Assembly (NCBI GenBank): GCA_964230645.1
Contig: CAXRHT010000002.1
Span: 1,408,001 to 1,472,000 of the forward strand
Direction of reading: 5' to 3'
Source of the DNA: Bdellovibrionales bacterium
GTDB taxonomy: Bacteria; Bdellovibrionota; Bdellovibrionia; Bdellovibrionales; JAGQZY01
DNA: 64,000 nt
Part shown: piece by piece, positions 39,359 to 49,312 of the stretch
How positions within the stretch are numbered: the stretch's first letter is position 1
Layout: the number at the start of each line of letters is the position of its first letter
Translations under genes and position numbers: made by a program
The notes under the pieces: generated by a model
Databases searched by the model: none
Told to the model about the DNA's origin: nothing
Seen by the model: only the letters and a program-made list of their open reading frames with translations

Positions 39359-42115
39359 ATGTCGGACCACAAAAAGGCTATTAAAGAGTCCATCAATTTA
39401 CCGAAGACCCAATTTCCCATGAAGGCGAATCTTTCCGAAAGAGAGCCTGCAATGATTGAAAATTGGACCACTCAATCGGTCTATAAAAAAATGGTGGAAA
39501 AAAATAAGGGGCAGAAAAATTTTACCATGCCAGATGGACCTCCCTACGCCAATGGTCATATCCATATGGGTCACACCTTGAATAAATGTCTCAAGGATTT
39601 TGTTATCAAATATAAAAATATGGCCGGGTTCCAAGCTCCCTATATTCCTGGATGGGACTGTCATGGTCTCCCCATTGAGCACAATATTACTAAAAAACTC
39701 GGACCAAAGGTTCGAGAAAAAACAGCCAAAGAGCTGCGACTTCTTTGTCGTGAAGAGGCGGGGCGTTGGGTAGAAACTCAGAAACACGAATTCATCCGTT
39801 TAGGAATCTTGGGAGAGTGGGACAACCCCTATCTCACTTTGAACCCGGCTTATGAGGCTGAAGAGGTGCGTGAGTTTTCGAGAAACTACCAAAACGGAGT
39901 TGTGACCCGAGGGCAAAAGCCAGTTTACTGGTGCATTCCTTTGCAAACAGCTTTGGCTGAAGCCGAAATCGAATACCAGGATCATAAAAGCCCATCGATT
40001 TATGTGAAGTTTCCCTATGAACCAAGTTCTCAGTTTGGAAGTTTTGATAAACCTGTCTTTGCGGTGATCTGGACAACGACCCCTTGGACTCTTCCTGCTA
40101 ACCAAGCCGTCGCCCTCAACCCAGACTTTGAATACGGTTTTTTCGATGCGGGAGATTCTTATATTCTCATCGCCAGAGACATCAAAGAAAGTTTTCAAGA
40201 GGCTACAGAAACCGAACTTAAAGACCCTGAAAAGTTTTTTAAAGGCAGTGAGTTCGAAAACGAAAAAGCCAAACATCCTTTTATTGAGCGCGACTCTCTT
40301 TTTATTCTAGGAGACCATGTCACACTCGAAGCCGGAAGTGGAGTCGTGCACACAGCACCCGGACATGGACAGGACGATTACATTGTCGGAATGAAATACG
40401 GACTTCCCCTATTGAGTCCTGTTGGTCCTAACGGAGCTTATACCAATGAGTTTCCAAAGTATGAAGGAATGAATGTTTTTAAAGCCAATGAACCAATCAT
40501 TGAAGACCTTGAAAAGGCTGGACTCTTATTAGCCCGTAAAGACATCAAGCACAGTTACCCCCACTGCTGGCGCACAAAAACTCCTGTGATTTTTAGAGCC
40601 ACCAGTCAGTGGTTTATCAGTATGGACGATGAAAACTATAACATCCGGAAGAAAGCCTTAGCGGCTCTTGATGATATTAAGTTTGTACCAGACTGGGGAG
40701 TGAAGCGTTTAACCTCTATGATTGAAAATCGTCCCGACTGGTGTATCAGTCGCCAAAGAAACTGGGGCGTTCCTCTCCCCGTTCTTTACTGTGATAGCTG
40801 TGACCATCCTTTGATCGAAGTTGAGATCATGGATAAAATTGCCGACACCATGGAAAAGGGCCTTGGCATAGAAGCCTACTACGACCTTCCCATCGAGGAA
40901 TTGGTCGGTGATCGCTCCTGTGAGGAATGCAGCAACAAGGGTTTTAAAAAAGGTAAAGATATTTTGGATGTGTGGTTTGATAGTGGAATCTGTCATGCCG
41001 CAGTTCAAAAGAAAAGAGAAGGCTTGAGCTTTCCGGCGGATCTTTATCTTGAAGGCAGTGACCAGCACCGCGGTTGGTTTCAGACAAGTCTTTTGACTTC
41101 CATTGCGTCCAATGGAGAACCCCCATTTAAAAGTCTTCTGACTCATAATTTTGTTAACGACTCAAAAGGCCGTAAAATGTCCAAGAGTTTAGGTAACGTG
41201 GTCGATCCCTTAGATCTTATCAAAAAGTCGGGCGCTGAGCTCTTACGTCTCTGGTCGGCCTCTCAAGACTACGGACAAGACATGAATTATTCGCAAGAAG
41301 GCTTTCAACGGGTGACTGAGACCTACCGTAGACTGCGCAACACCATGAGATTTCTTCTTGGGAATATTGGAGACTTTAATTACGAAAAAGATAAGGTTTC
41401 CTACGATCAGATGCTTCCTCTGGATCAATGGGCCCTTGATCGGCTTTTTCAATTTATGACTAATGTTGAAGAGCATTACGACAATTTTGAGTTTTACAAA
41501 GTCTACCATGCCCTCAACAATTTTTTCACTGTGGATCTTTCTTCTCACTACCTCGATATCATTAAAGATCGACTCTACACCTGGAAAACCGATGGTCCAG
41601 AGAGACGCTCCTGCCAAACGGTGGTTTACCTATTAACAGAAAACCTCATTAAGATTATGGCTCCTCTCACGTCTTTTCTCAGTGAGGAGTCCTATGGATA
41701 CTTTCCAGGCAAGACTCAGGAATCAATCTTTCTTGAGAGCTATCCGAAACCTCAGGCTCAGTGGGAAAATTCTGAGATTCGTCAGAAATTTGAGACTCTC
41801 TTTGAAGTGCGTAATGAGACGTCAAAACAACTGGAGGAGGCCCGCAATAAAAAAGTTATCGGCTCAAGCCTTGAGGCCCAGCTCGAATTACAACTATCAG
41901 AAAAAGCAATGACCGTATTTAAGCAATTTCAAGACTCTCAGCTTAAAGAATTTTTTATTGTCTCGCAGCTGAAGTTAACCGAAGGTCGAGAAATTAACGT
42001 CCAGGTGCAAAAAGCGAGCGGGGATAAGTGTCCAAGGTGTTGGAATTACGATACACTTAAGGACATTGAAAATTATGGTCCTGTTTGTTCAAAATGTAGT
42101 GAGGCTTTGAAATGA
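39359..42115 (+). CDS. ileS: Isoleucine--tRNA ligase (type 1)
   Basis: DGPPYANG.HMGH, WDCHGLP, GSDQHRGWF, KMSKS, C-terminal CPRCW...C..C. Confidence 0.98.
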   Translation: MSDHKKAIKESINLPKTQFPMKANLSEREPAMIENWTTQSVYKKMVEKNKGQKNFTMPDGPPYANGHIHMGHTLNKCLKDFVIKYKNMAGFQAPYIPGWDCHGLPIEHNITKKLGPKVREKTAKELRLLCREEAGRWVETQKHEFIRLGILGEWDNPYLTLNPAYEAEEVREFSRNYQNGVVTRGQKPVYWCIPLQTALAEAEIEYQDHKSPSIYVKFPYEPSSQFGSFDKPVFAVIWTTTPWTLPANQAVALNPDFEYGFFDAGDSYILIARDIKESFQEATETELKDPEKFFKGSEFENEKAKHPFIERDSLFILGDHVTLEAGSGVVHTAPGHGQDDYIVGMKYGLPLLSPVGPNGAYTNEFPKYEGMNVFKANEPIIEDLEKAGLLLARKDIKHSYPHCWRTKTPVIFRATSQWFISMDDENYNIRKKALAALDDIKFVPDWGVKRLTSMIENRPDWCISRQRNWGVPLPVLYCDSCDHPLIEVEIMDKIADTMEKGLGIEAYYDLPIEELVGDRSCEECSNKGFKKGKDILDVWFDSGICHAAVQKKREGLSFPADLYLEGSDQHRGWFQTSLLTSIASNGEPPFKSLLTHNFVNDSKGRKMSKSLGNVVDPLDLIKKSGAELLRLWSASQDYGQDMNYSQEGFQRVTETYRRLRNTMRFLLGNIGDFNYEKDKVSYDQMLPLDQWALDRLFQFMTNVEEHYDNFEFYKVYHALNNFFTVDLSSHYLDIIKDRLYTWKTDGPERRSCQTVVYLLTENLIKIMAPLTSFLSEESYGYFPGKTQESIFLESYPKPQAQWENSEIRQKFETLFEVRNETSKQLEEARNKKVIGSSLEAQLELQLSEKAMTVFKQFQDSQLKEFFIVSQLKLTEGREINVQVQKASGDKCPRCWNYDTLKDIENYGPVCSKCSEALK

Positions 42116-42609
42116 AAAGTAAGTTGATAACTCTTCTCGGCGTTTCCATCGTAGTGATTCTACTCGATCAGATCACCAAAAATTATATTCTTGGTGCTTT
42201 TCAGTACGGTGAATCCATCGACGTTATCAAAAATTACTTCAATATTACTTATGTGCGAAATTACGGTGCCGCTTTTGGTATGCTCTCAAAAGTTGAGCCC
42301 TCCACCAGAGACACTTTCTTTTTACTCATGCCTCCCTTCGCCATGGCCGTGATATTAATTATGCTAAAAGTAGCACCAAAAAATGAGAATATTCGTAAGG
42401 TGGCTCTTTGTGCCGTTTTTGCTGGAGCTTTAGGAAACTATATTGACCGCATTCGCTTTGGCTATGTGGTGGACTTTCTCGATTTTCATTACAAACAAGC
42501 CTATGCCTGGCCCGCTTTTAATGTCGCCGATATGTCGATCGTTTGTGGTGTGACCGTACTTATCATACTGGAACTTCTCACACCTGCGGAAAGTACAAAG
42601 AAGAGTTGA
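42112..42609 (+). CDS. lspA: Lipoprotein signal peptidase II
   Basis: DQITK, N.GAAFG, GNYIDR, VVDF, FNVAD. Confidence 0.96.
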   Translation: MKSKLITLLGVSIVVILLDQITKNYILGAFQYGESIDVIKNYFNITYVRNYGAAFGMLSKVEPSTRDTFFLLMPPFAMAVILIMLKVAPKNENIRKVALCAVFAGALGNYIDRIRFGYVVDFLDFHYKQAYAWPAFNVADMSIVCGVTVLIILELLTPAESTKKS

Positions 42610-43430
42610 TGACTCAGAGACAAACCCATTTGCCTGAGTTTTTTACCATTGGCCCTCTCCCTCACATTACCGTCGGCCCCGTTGAAATCCCCACCTATTA
42701 TTTTTTAATCAGTCTCGCTTTTTGTGTGGGTATTTTCTGGTTCTATAAGCGCTGTGAAAATAGAAACCTGCCCACTAAAAATGCCCTAGATATATGCCTT
42801 ATTGTTCTTGTTAGTGGTTTTATTGGCGCAAGACTCTTTCACATCCTATTTGAATTTCCCGATTATTATCTCCGACACCCCAGGGAAATCTTTTACTTTT
42901 GGCAGGGGGGCTTTGTTTTCTACGGTGGGTTTCTTTTTGCCTATCCGGCCGCCTATTTTTATGTCCGTAAATTGAAACTCACTTTCTGGCTTTGGCATGA
43001 TACTCTCGCCCCTGTCCTAGCTCTCGGATATGCCATGGGAAGAATCGCCTGCTTTCTCGTAGGTTGCTGTTACGGTAAGGTTTGTGATTTACCTTGGGCT
43101 GTCCCCACAAAACAGATTCATGTGGCTAGTGAAACTCTCACCACCCTTTACCGTCACCCCACTCAGCTTTATGCCTCTTTTACTGAGTTCCTTATTTTAG
43201 GAATTCTCCTCTGGTTTGAAAAAAAGAAACCAAGGCTCGGATTTGTATTCCTTTTATGGGTCTTACTTCATAGTGCCAACCGATTTATGATGGAGATTTT
43301 TAGAGCGGATCCCCGTGGAGGAGAGTGGCTGGGACTGTCCATCTCCATGCTTATTTCAGTGCTCCTGTTCATCACAAGTCTTCTCGTTATTTTAAAGAGA
43401 AAAAATGATCAGGGCTCTCAAGTCCGCTGA
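42609..43430 (+). CDS. lgt: Prolipoprotein diacylglyceryl transferase
   Basis: GARLFH, WQGG..FYGG, GRIACF..GCCYG, HPTQLY; start overlaps the lspA stop. Confidence 0.92.
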   Translation: MTQRQTHLPEFFTIGPLPHITVGPVEIPTYYFLISLAFCVGIFWFYKRCENRNLPTKNALDICLIVLVSGFIGARLFHILFEFPDYYLRHPREIFYFWQGGFVFYGGFLFAYPAAYFYVRKLKLTFWLWHDTLAPVLALGYAMGRIACFLVGCCYGKVCDLPWAVPTKQIHVASETLTTLYRHPTQLYASFTEFLILGILLWFEKKKPRLGFVFLLWVLLHSANRFMMEIFRADPRGGEWLGLSISMLISVLLFITSLLVILKRKNDQGSQVR

Positions 43431-43600
43431 TTTTCTGCTGACTTTATCGAATACCTACAAGTTCCAAAAGTTGATTCGGACAAATAATCCGAACTCCCGG
43501 AATGGGTAACTCTTTTTGCGGAAAAATTCCGATTTCCGCTGTCTCAATTGATTCTCAATCCCTTCCTGTATTTGCACCAACAGGACTCAAAGGAGTTTAT

Positions 43601-44569
43601 ATGAATCGAATGAAACAAGAAATTGAAGCTGTTTTTAACTATTTGCTCAAATTTACGAAAAATCCACTGGGAGAACTTAAAGACACCAAAGAAGAGTCTC
43701 TTGTTTTCCTCTCTACGTGCGTATTAACAGCGAATGTATTGATGATTTTAATAGGTCAGCTTTTCAATGGTACCAATCTTTTTGTCCTCCGCTTAGAACT
43801 GAAATACGGCCTGATTTTTAGTGTTTACGTCTTCGGATTTTCCTATTTACTCAAATATGCTTTTCAGTCAGACCTCTTTCCCTCAATAACAGAAGATCTT
43901 AAAAATTATATCCCCCAACTTTTCGTGAAATCTCAGATCATTACCGTTGTGCTCTCCGCTTTGATGCTGCAATTGTTTGGATACATTTTCGCTATTTACA
44001 ACCTTGATGTTTTAGTGTTCCTAATAACTTTTGTGACAATTTTGATGAGCTTTCAAATGAACTCTGTGCTAAAAAACAACGATCGACAATTGAAATACTC
44101 TCTGCTAATTGCAGTGACCTTTCAACTGACTCTGTACTTGCTTAGCCCTCAATACAACCATCTCTGGCTGCCACAGTCGCATGAGACTGAGATCCTAGAG
44201 GGTCTCGATTTTTCAAAATTTGAGGAGAACCGTGAAAAAAACCAGGCCATTGAAGCATTGGCTCATGGCAATGATCAGTTGGCTTTTTGGCTCGTTACAC
44301 TTTCAACTCAAACAGACTTGGCTTTAACGAATCCCGTTTCATTTGGAAAAGCTGTCAAAAATGATCCTCACCACATCTATATCTTAGCGATTCAATGTAT
44401 TCGCTTTTTTGCCAAACTCGACACTCCTAGAATAACTGAGGAAATGAAAAAAATAATGCTTGATTCAAAGTCCAAGATAAATAATTACCAAGAATTACAA
44501 AGCTCGCTTTCAGGACGAGCTTACAGGTCTTTAACTCCTGATACTTTAAAGCAAACTTGCCAGGTTTAA
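43601..44569 (+). CDS. Hypothetical polytopic membrane protein with C-terminal soluble domain
   Basis: AAGGAG RBS; about 5 hydrophobic segments. Confidence 0.65.
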   Translation: MNRMKQEIEAVFNYLLKFTKNPLGELKDTKEESLVFLSTCVLTANVLMILIGQLFNGTNLFVLRLELKYGLIFSVYVFGFSYLLKYAFQSDLFPSITEDLKNYIPQLFVKSQIITVVLSALMLQLFGYIFAIYNLDVLVFLITFVTILMSFQMNSVLKNNDRQLKYSLLIAVTFQLTLYLLSPQYNHLWLPQSHETEILEGLDFSKFEENREKNQAIEALAHGNDQLAFWLVTLSTQTDLALTNPVSFGKAVKNDPHHIYILAIQCIRFFAKLDTPRITEEMKKIMLDSKSKINNYQELQSSLSGRAYRSLTPDTLKQTCQV

Positions 44570-44757
44570 ATCGCCCCCCCCTTACGCTTCCCTCCTCATG
44601 AGCCTTTGCTCAAAGAACCCGTCCTTATTATTTTGTCTTTCCGTGACATTTTCTCTGGGCAAAGGCGCAAGGGTTTGTATTTACAAAAATTCCCGATTAA
44701 ATACAGAGATAAGCGTTTAAGGAGCTTTACATTCCCACCACAGACCCCGATTTTTCA

Positions 44758-45291
44758 TTGGAAGAACTGGTCGCCAAAGCCCAGAAAGGCGATGCCGCCG
44801 CCTATCGATTATTCCTCAAGGAAATCTACCCCTATGTTAAATCGGCTATGCGTAGCAAACTGCGAGGACTCGTGGACCAAGAAGACCTAACACAGGAGTG
44901 TCTGATTGGGATTCATCGCAATTTAGGCACCTACCAGGTAGGAAAACCGGTCAAACCCTGGATTTCTGCCATCATTCGTTACAAATTGGCGGATCATTTT
45001 CGAAAAATTTCCAGAAAAAAAGAGCATGTGTACACAAAATTGGAATTTGATGTCACACAAGTCCCCGATGAAACGAATGACTATGATGAAGCCAACCAAC
45101 AGGATGCCCAGGAAATTTTAGAGCGCATCCCTGGTAAGTTAAAAAGAGCTATAGAGCTGACCCACATTAAGGGGCTCTCCTATAGTGATGCTGCCGATCA
45201 GGAGGGGATTTCCGAGGTGGCTTTAAGGAAGAGAATATCAAGGGGCTTTTCGAAAATCCGAAAGGTCGTGGCTAAAGAGATGGAGATTTGA
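44758..45291 (+). CDS. ECF sigma factor (SigF/ECF16-like); true start may be ATT at 44731
   Basis: AQKGDAAAY..FL, EDLTQECLI.IH, PWISAIIRYKLAD; adjacent NrsF-like gene. Confidence 0.88.
   Translation: MEELVAKAQKGDAAAYRLFLKEIYPYVKSAMRSKLRGLVDQEDLTQECLIGIHRNLGTYQVGKPVKPWISAIIRYKLADHFRKISRKKEHVYTKLEFDVTQVPDETNDYDEANQQDAQEILERIPGKLKRAIELTHIKGLSYSDAADQEGISEVALRKRISRGFSKIRKVVAKEMEI
45052..45077 (+). promoter_or_regulatory. Putative ECF16-type promoter internal to the sigma gene
   Basis: GTCACA-N16-CGAA. Confidence 0.5.
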
Positions 45292-45933
45292 TTGAACAAT
45301 CGTGAGCAGTCGTTAATTGAAGATCTAGTGAACCAACTAGAACCTAATCGTTCTTGGCCGAGCTCCTATCGTGCTTTTGGATGGTTTATTGCACTTTTGA
45401 TTTTCAATACTCTCGCTTTCCTCGCCTACCAAAATTTTCGCCCGGGTTTTACCGAGCAACTTATTGAACACCCGCGGTTCTTAACTGAAGTTTTAGTGGC
45501 CCTTGCTCTGATTGTGTTTATTTTTTATATCATTCTCTCTGATATCGTTCCCGGAAAAGAAATCTCTCCCCTTGTTAAGTCAATCGGTGTTTTTTTAGTT
45601 TTGACTTTATCCTACAGTCTTTACTTAAGCTTTAAGGCTCCAACTCCTGAGGCCTCTATAGTAGGAGCCCGACCTTTTTGTTTGGAAGAGGTTATTGTTT
45701 ACGGATTAGTGGGTCTTTTCACCTGCTTTTATTTTGTGAGAAAAAGTGATTATCCCTTTACCCGTCGTTCCTATTTACTTATAGGTATGGGCACAATGCT
45801 AATCCCTGGCGTTCTTATGCAGCTAGCCTGCCTGTACTCTCCTAAACACGCCCTTCTTATTCACTACGGCCCCGTTGTTGTTGGATTACTTTTCGGCTTT
45901 TTTCTCTCTTTGTTTTCAAAAACTAGAGACTAA
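45292..45933 (+). CDS. nrsF: NrsF/DUF1109-type membrane anti-sigma factor
   Basis: LIEDLV..L.P N-terminus, about 6 TM, conserved Cys pair and H..L.HY. Confidence 0.75.
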   Translation: MNNREQSLIEDLVNQLEPNRSWPSSYRAFGWFIALLIFNTLAFLAYQNFRPGFTEQLIEHPRFLTEVLVALALIVFIFYIILSDIVPGKEISPLVKSIGVFLVLTLSYSLYLSFKAPTPEASIVGARPFCLEEVIVYGLVGLFTCFYFVRKSDYPFTRRSYLLIGMGTMLIPGVLMQLACLYSPKHALLIHYGPVVVGLLFGFFLSLFSKTRD

Positions 45934-46080
45934 TTCCTAAGCCCATTAAAAGAATTTTTGTTCTTTTTTTAAAAGGCTTTCATCTGGACAATGATCCAGG
46001 CTTTTTACTTCATCTACCAAGAAAATCTCTTTAATGATTCAATATTAAAAAACGAAATGTTCATCAACCAGGAGGTTCCC

Positions 46081-46290
46081 ATCAGAGCTTTAATTTTAAT
46101 TTCACTTCTAAGTTTGTTTGGTCTTAACATGACAGGATGTGCAACCTATTCCGGAGTCACTCGTGTCAGCAAAAGCAAAGTCCTAATTTTGAGAAATGAT
46201 GGACTCCTCTTTGGACTTCTAAGAAAAGCTATGGTCTGCGATGTTCATGGTTCAGGAGTTAAAAACTGCCAGGTTGACGAACAGCCATAA
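46081..46290 (+). CDS. Small lipoprotein (start uncertain; GGAGG precedes ATC)
   Basis: Lipobox MTG-C, C-terminal Cys pair, terminator after the stop. Confidence 0.6.
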   Translation: MRALILISLLSLFGLNMTGCATYSGVTRVSKSKVLILRNDGLLFGLLRKAMVCDVHGSGVKNCQVDEQP

Positions 46291-46314
46291 AATCTTAAAA
46301 AAATAATTTGAAAT

Positions 46315-46347
46315 AAAAAGCGACTCTATTCAAAGTCGCTTTTTTTT
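46315..46347. terminator. Bidirectional intrinsic terminator
   Basis: aaaaagcgact-ctattcaa-agtcgcttttt. Confidence 0.8.
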
Positions 46348-47659
46348 ATAGTTCTGCCAATGGACCACAGTTAGGGAAATCACCGATTCCTGAAATACTG
46401 GCCCCACAGAGATGAGCCACGGAAGTCATGACCTTATCGTGAAGAGTATTGACCTTGAGAACTCTCCCTGTCGTCAATTTACCCTGAGCATTTCCAATAA
46501 GTACCAAGGGGATTCTTTCGACACGGTGGTGGCTTCCAAAATGAGAGGTCGCATAAATCAGAACGTTGTCGAGCAGGGATCCTCCCGGTTCATTTTTCAG
46601 GCGCTCTGCAAATTTTGCAAGCTCTCCCCACTTCCAGCGAGCGATCGCTAAAAAGTTTTCCCTTTGAGAGCCGGCACGGTGAAAGACACCGTCATGCACA
46701 TTGGTGTTGAGGTTTTGTAGATTCAACCACTCATAGTTCCATTTCGTACTAGAAAAACCATGCATCATGCCATACACGCCCGCCCTTCGGGCTTGTATTG
46801 CAGCAAAAAGAACATCAAAGTGGGCTTTTGAACGCATCGGCACATTACGATCTGAAATCTCGATATCGGGATTACAATTAATATTGTCTTGGTTTTCGTT
46901 GGCATTGTTTTGGATAACTTTAAGCTCTCTGGCTACACTTCTTTCAGCCTCACGTATGGATGACTCATGAGAGTCGAGTTTAATTTTTTCGACTCCCACC
47001 AACTCTCTTCTTAAACGGCTAAGCTCACCCGTTAAACTATCGAGTATGGACTTTTCTGCGCGCAGACGATTGAGGCGTTCTTCTTTTGCGTTTTCATCAT
47101 TGAGGCCTCCAGATTGACAATCCCTGAACAGGTTGTCAAAGGTTTGCGAGGCACTTAAATTTGGCAGCTTAAACTTGTTCTCTCCAATTGCAAAAGGCCT
47201 CGCTCTCATATGATTGTAGGCTTTATCGTTAACCAAAACCTCAACAGATTTTCTTCCCAGAGTCTGCGCGATGATTTGATCGATCGAGGGCCCTCCAGGG
47301 AGTCCATCCAAGGTATTTCCAATTCGGTTCGGTTTTTTTGCCGTCAGCACACGACCGACACTACCTACATGCCAGTTTCCTTTAATATTTCCTGATTTAG
47401 AGTTCATATCGACACCATCGAGAACAACCATATCATTTTTCAAAGCTTCAAAGGGCTGTAGAATCGTCGATAAGTTAAAGTTGCCCCCTGTTCCCGCTCC
47501 AGGAAAAAAATCACTGGGTTTAGGGTAGGGAGAACCGCCATCAACAAAGAAAAAAGGAATCACGTCATTGGCTGCCGCCTGGGCCATTCTCATCTTGAAG
47601 ATCGATGAAAAAAGCAGGGCCGAAGGGAGAGTCCTAAATACAAATGTCCGACGTTTCAC
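46346..47659 (-). CDS. DUF1552 domain protein (Tat-exported)
   Basis: MKRRTF Tat-like signal; LQPF, GPSIDQIIAQ, KSILD, GSLLDN, H...IPLVL.G. Confidence 0.82.
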   Translation of the reverse strand: MKRRTFVFRTLPSALLFSSIFKMRMAQAAANDVIPFFFVDGGSPYPKPSDFFPGAGTGGNFNLSTILQPFEALKNDMVVLDGVDMNSKSGNIKGNWHVGSVGRVLTAKKPNRIGNTLDGLPGGPSIDQIIAQTLGRKSVEVLVNDKAYNHMRARPFAIGENKFKLPNLSASQTFDNLFRDCQSGGLNDENAKEERLNRLRAEKSILDSLTGELSRLRRELVGVEKIKLDSHESSIREAERSVARELKVIQNNANENQDNINCNPDIEISDRNVPMRSKAHFDVLFAAIQARRAGVYGMMHGFSSTKWNYEWLNLQNLNTNVHDGVFHRAGSQRENFLAIARWKWGELAKFAERLKNEPGGSLLDNVLIYATSHFGSHHRVERIPLVLIGNAQGKLTTGRVLKVNTLHDKVMTSVAHLCGASISGIGDFPNCGPLAEL

Positions 47660-49284
47660 TACTCTCTCCTTCTTAAGTATGTTTCAGGGTTGGCAAAATA
47701 CTCCCGCAGGGCTGGGAGGATGGAAAGATTTTGATTTTGTAAATGACTATTCATTTGAAAACCGGGACGACTTTCTTTAGCCTCTCCGGCATTTCCTGTT
47801 AAAAATGTCGCAAGCTTTGTAGCAAAGCACTGATGATACTGACTGTTGTTTGCCAGGGTCGGAAGAAAATCGTAAACATCTTGATATTCTTGATTGTTAA
47901 TAGGAGCCTCGGCGCGAGAATCAATAGTTCTCGCGTTTTGATTATTAGAGAAGTTTCCAAGAGCATCAAAATTTGAGAACATATAACCATAAGGCATAAA
48001 CTGGCTGTGACAACTGACACAAGTGCGATCTTGGTTCATCACTGTTTCGTACTGACGGCGAACCGTGTAGGATTCAAAGTCAGGATGTTCTTGCGCAATA
48101 TTATCCTGAGCGGAATTGATATCAAGTCCAGAGGGAAATCCCACTTGATTGCACAGTATTTGGCGATTAATGAGTATCCCACGACTGACCGGGGAGTCCA
48201 CACCGGGATCCACCTCAGAACTATGCACAGCCATTACACTTGCAAGAGTAAGGATGCCCCGTCTCCTTCCCTGCAGAGGCACCTCCTCCATTTGAGCACT
48301 GGAAGAATTGAGGCCATAAATCGAGGCCGTGCTTCGATTTATGAACGTGGTCTCATTTAACAAAAGATCAAGTAGATTTCCTTGCCGATCAATCACAAGA
48401 CTTTCTATGAAACTCTCAAACTCCGCGCTGAGACCCTGAGCTAAATCCGCGGATTCAATTTTGGGAAAAGCCTGAGGGTTATTTTTCATGTTGTTGAGAT
48501 TGTCCACCATTAGCCACTGTTGAAAAAAAGCAGTGAGTTGATTTTTTCCTTGGGAAGTTCTCAGTAGTCGATCCACATGATAGCGAATTTGTTCTGCCGT
48601 GAGGTCTGCTTTTTTCGCATCCTCATACAATTCTTCATCCGGAGGATGCCCTGTTAAGGAATAAGATATATAGGAGGCTTTTTCAAAGTTCGTCATTTCA
48701 AAAAGACCTGCACCGCTAGCCCCGATTTCTGTGCGGTAGAGAAAGGGTATCGAGACGAGTACTCTTGCAAAAGTCAGTCGCAGAGCTTCCCTGTCATTGA
48801 CCGTCGGATTGTTACGAAGCTCTGTAAAAAGAGCCATCAGGCCCTGCTGTTCATTCGATGTTAAAGGGCGCCGGTAGGCTTTTTCAGCGAATCCGTTAAT
48901 GGTATTGGAATGACAAGAGGAATCTGGATCGGATTGGCAAGGAAACTCCGTTTGCAAAGAAGCTTGAGTGTACTGCTCAGAAATTTCCAAGGCTTGGTTG
49001 TAAAAGCTCTCAAAGAGTCCGGGGTCCAAAGTGAGTTGATCGCCTGTAGAAAATCCGCCACTGGTATCGGCATGAGTAAAGCCATCGCTCACTTGCACCC
49101 CAAACTGTGACTGCACTGTGTTTTTATATTCCTGACCGTTAAGAAGTCGGAGTTTTGCTTGAGGCGCAGTACTAAGACCAAAAGAATTTAATCCCGACGA
49201 ATCGGCTGACCGAAAAGGTCCACAGTTCTGAAAAGAAAAAAGAACTAGAATAAATGAGAGGCCCCAAACTATTTTTCTACCCAC
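47659..49284 (-). CDS. DUF1587/1592/1588-type lipoprotein with c-type heme motif
   Basis: FQNC lipobox; LRLL...EY.NT, AYRRPLT, FLYR.E, RRGILT, SPVSRG, CVSCH. Confidence 0.85.
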   Translation of the reverse strand: MGRKIVWGLSFILVLFSFQNCGPFRSADSSGLNSFGLSTAPQAKLRLLNGQEYKNTVQSQFGVQVSDGFTHADTSGGFSTGDQLTLDPGLFESFYNQALEISEQYTQASLQTEFPCQSDPDSSCHSNTINGFAEKAYRRPLTSNEQQGLMALFTELRNNPTVNDREALRLTFARVLVSIPFLYRTEIGASGAGLFEMTNFEKASYISYSLTGHPPDEELYEDAKKADLTAEQIRYHVDRLLRTSQGKNQLTAFFQQWLMVDNLNNMKNNPQAFPKIESADLAQGLSAEFESFIESLVIDRQGNLLDLLLNETTFINRSTASIYGLNSSSAQMEEVPLQGRRRGILTLASVMAVHSSEVDPGVDSPVSRGILINRQILCNQVGFPSGLDINSAQDNIAQEHPDFESYTVRRQYETVMNQDRTCVSCHSQFMPYGYMFSNFDALGNFSNNQNARTIDSRAEAPINNQEYQDVYDFLPTLANNSQYHQCFATKLATFLTGNAGEAKESRPGFQMNSHLQNQNLSILPALREYFANPETYLRRRE

Positions 49285-49296
49285 ACTCTATATTAG

Positions 49297-49312
49297 TGCA
49301 ATCCCCGGTCCA
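49297..49312 (-). promoter_or_regulatory. Candidate sigma-54 promoter for the DUF1592-DUF1552 operon
   Basis: Minus strand TGGACCGGGGATTGCA (GG-N10-GC). Confidence 0.5.

Noticed and set aside
44606..44890. 94-aa ORF overlapping the ECF sigma start (possible frameshift)
   Set aside because: Different frame with no sigma-like sequence; the sigma ORF is complete on its own.
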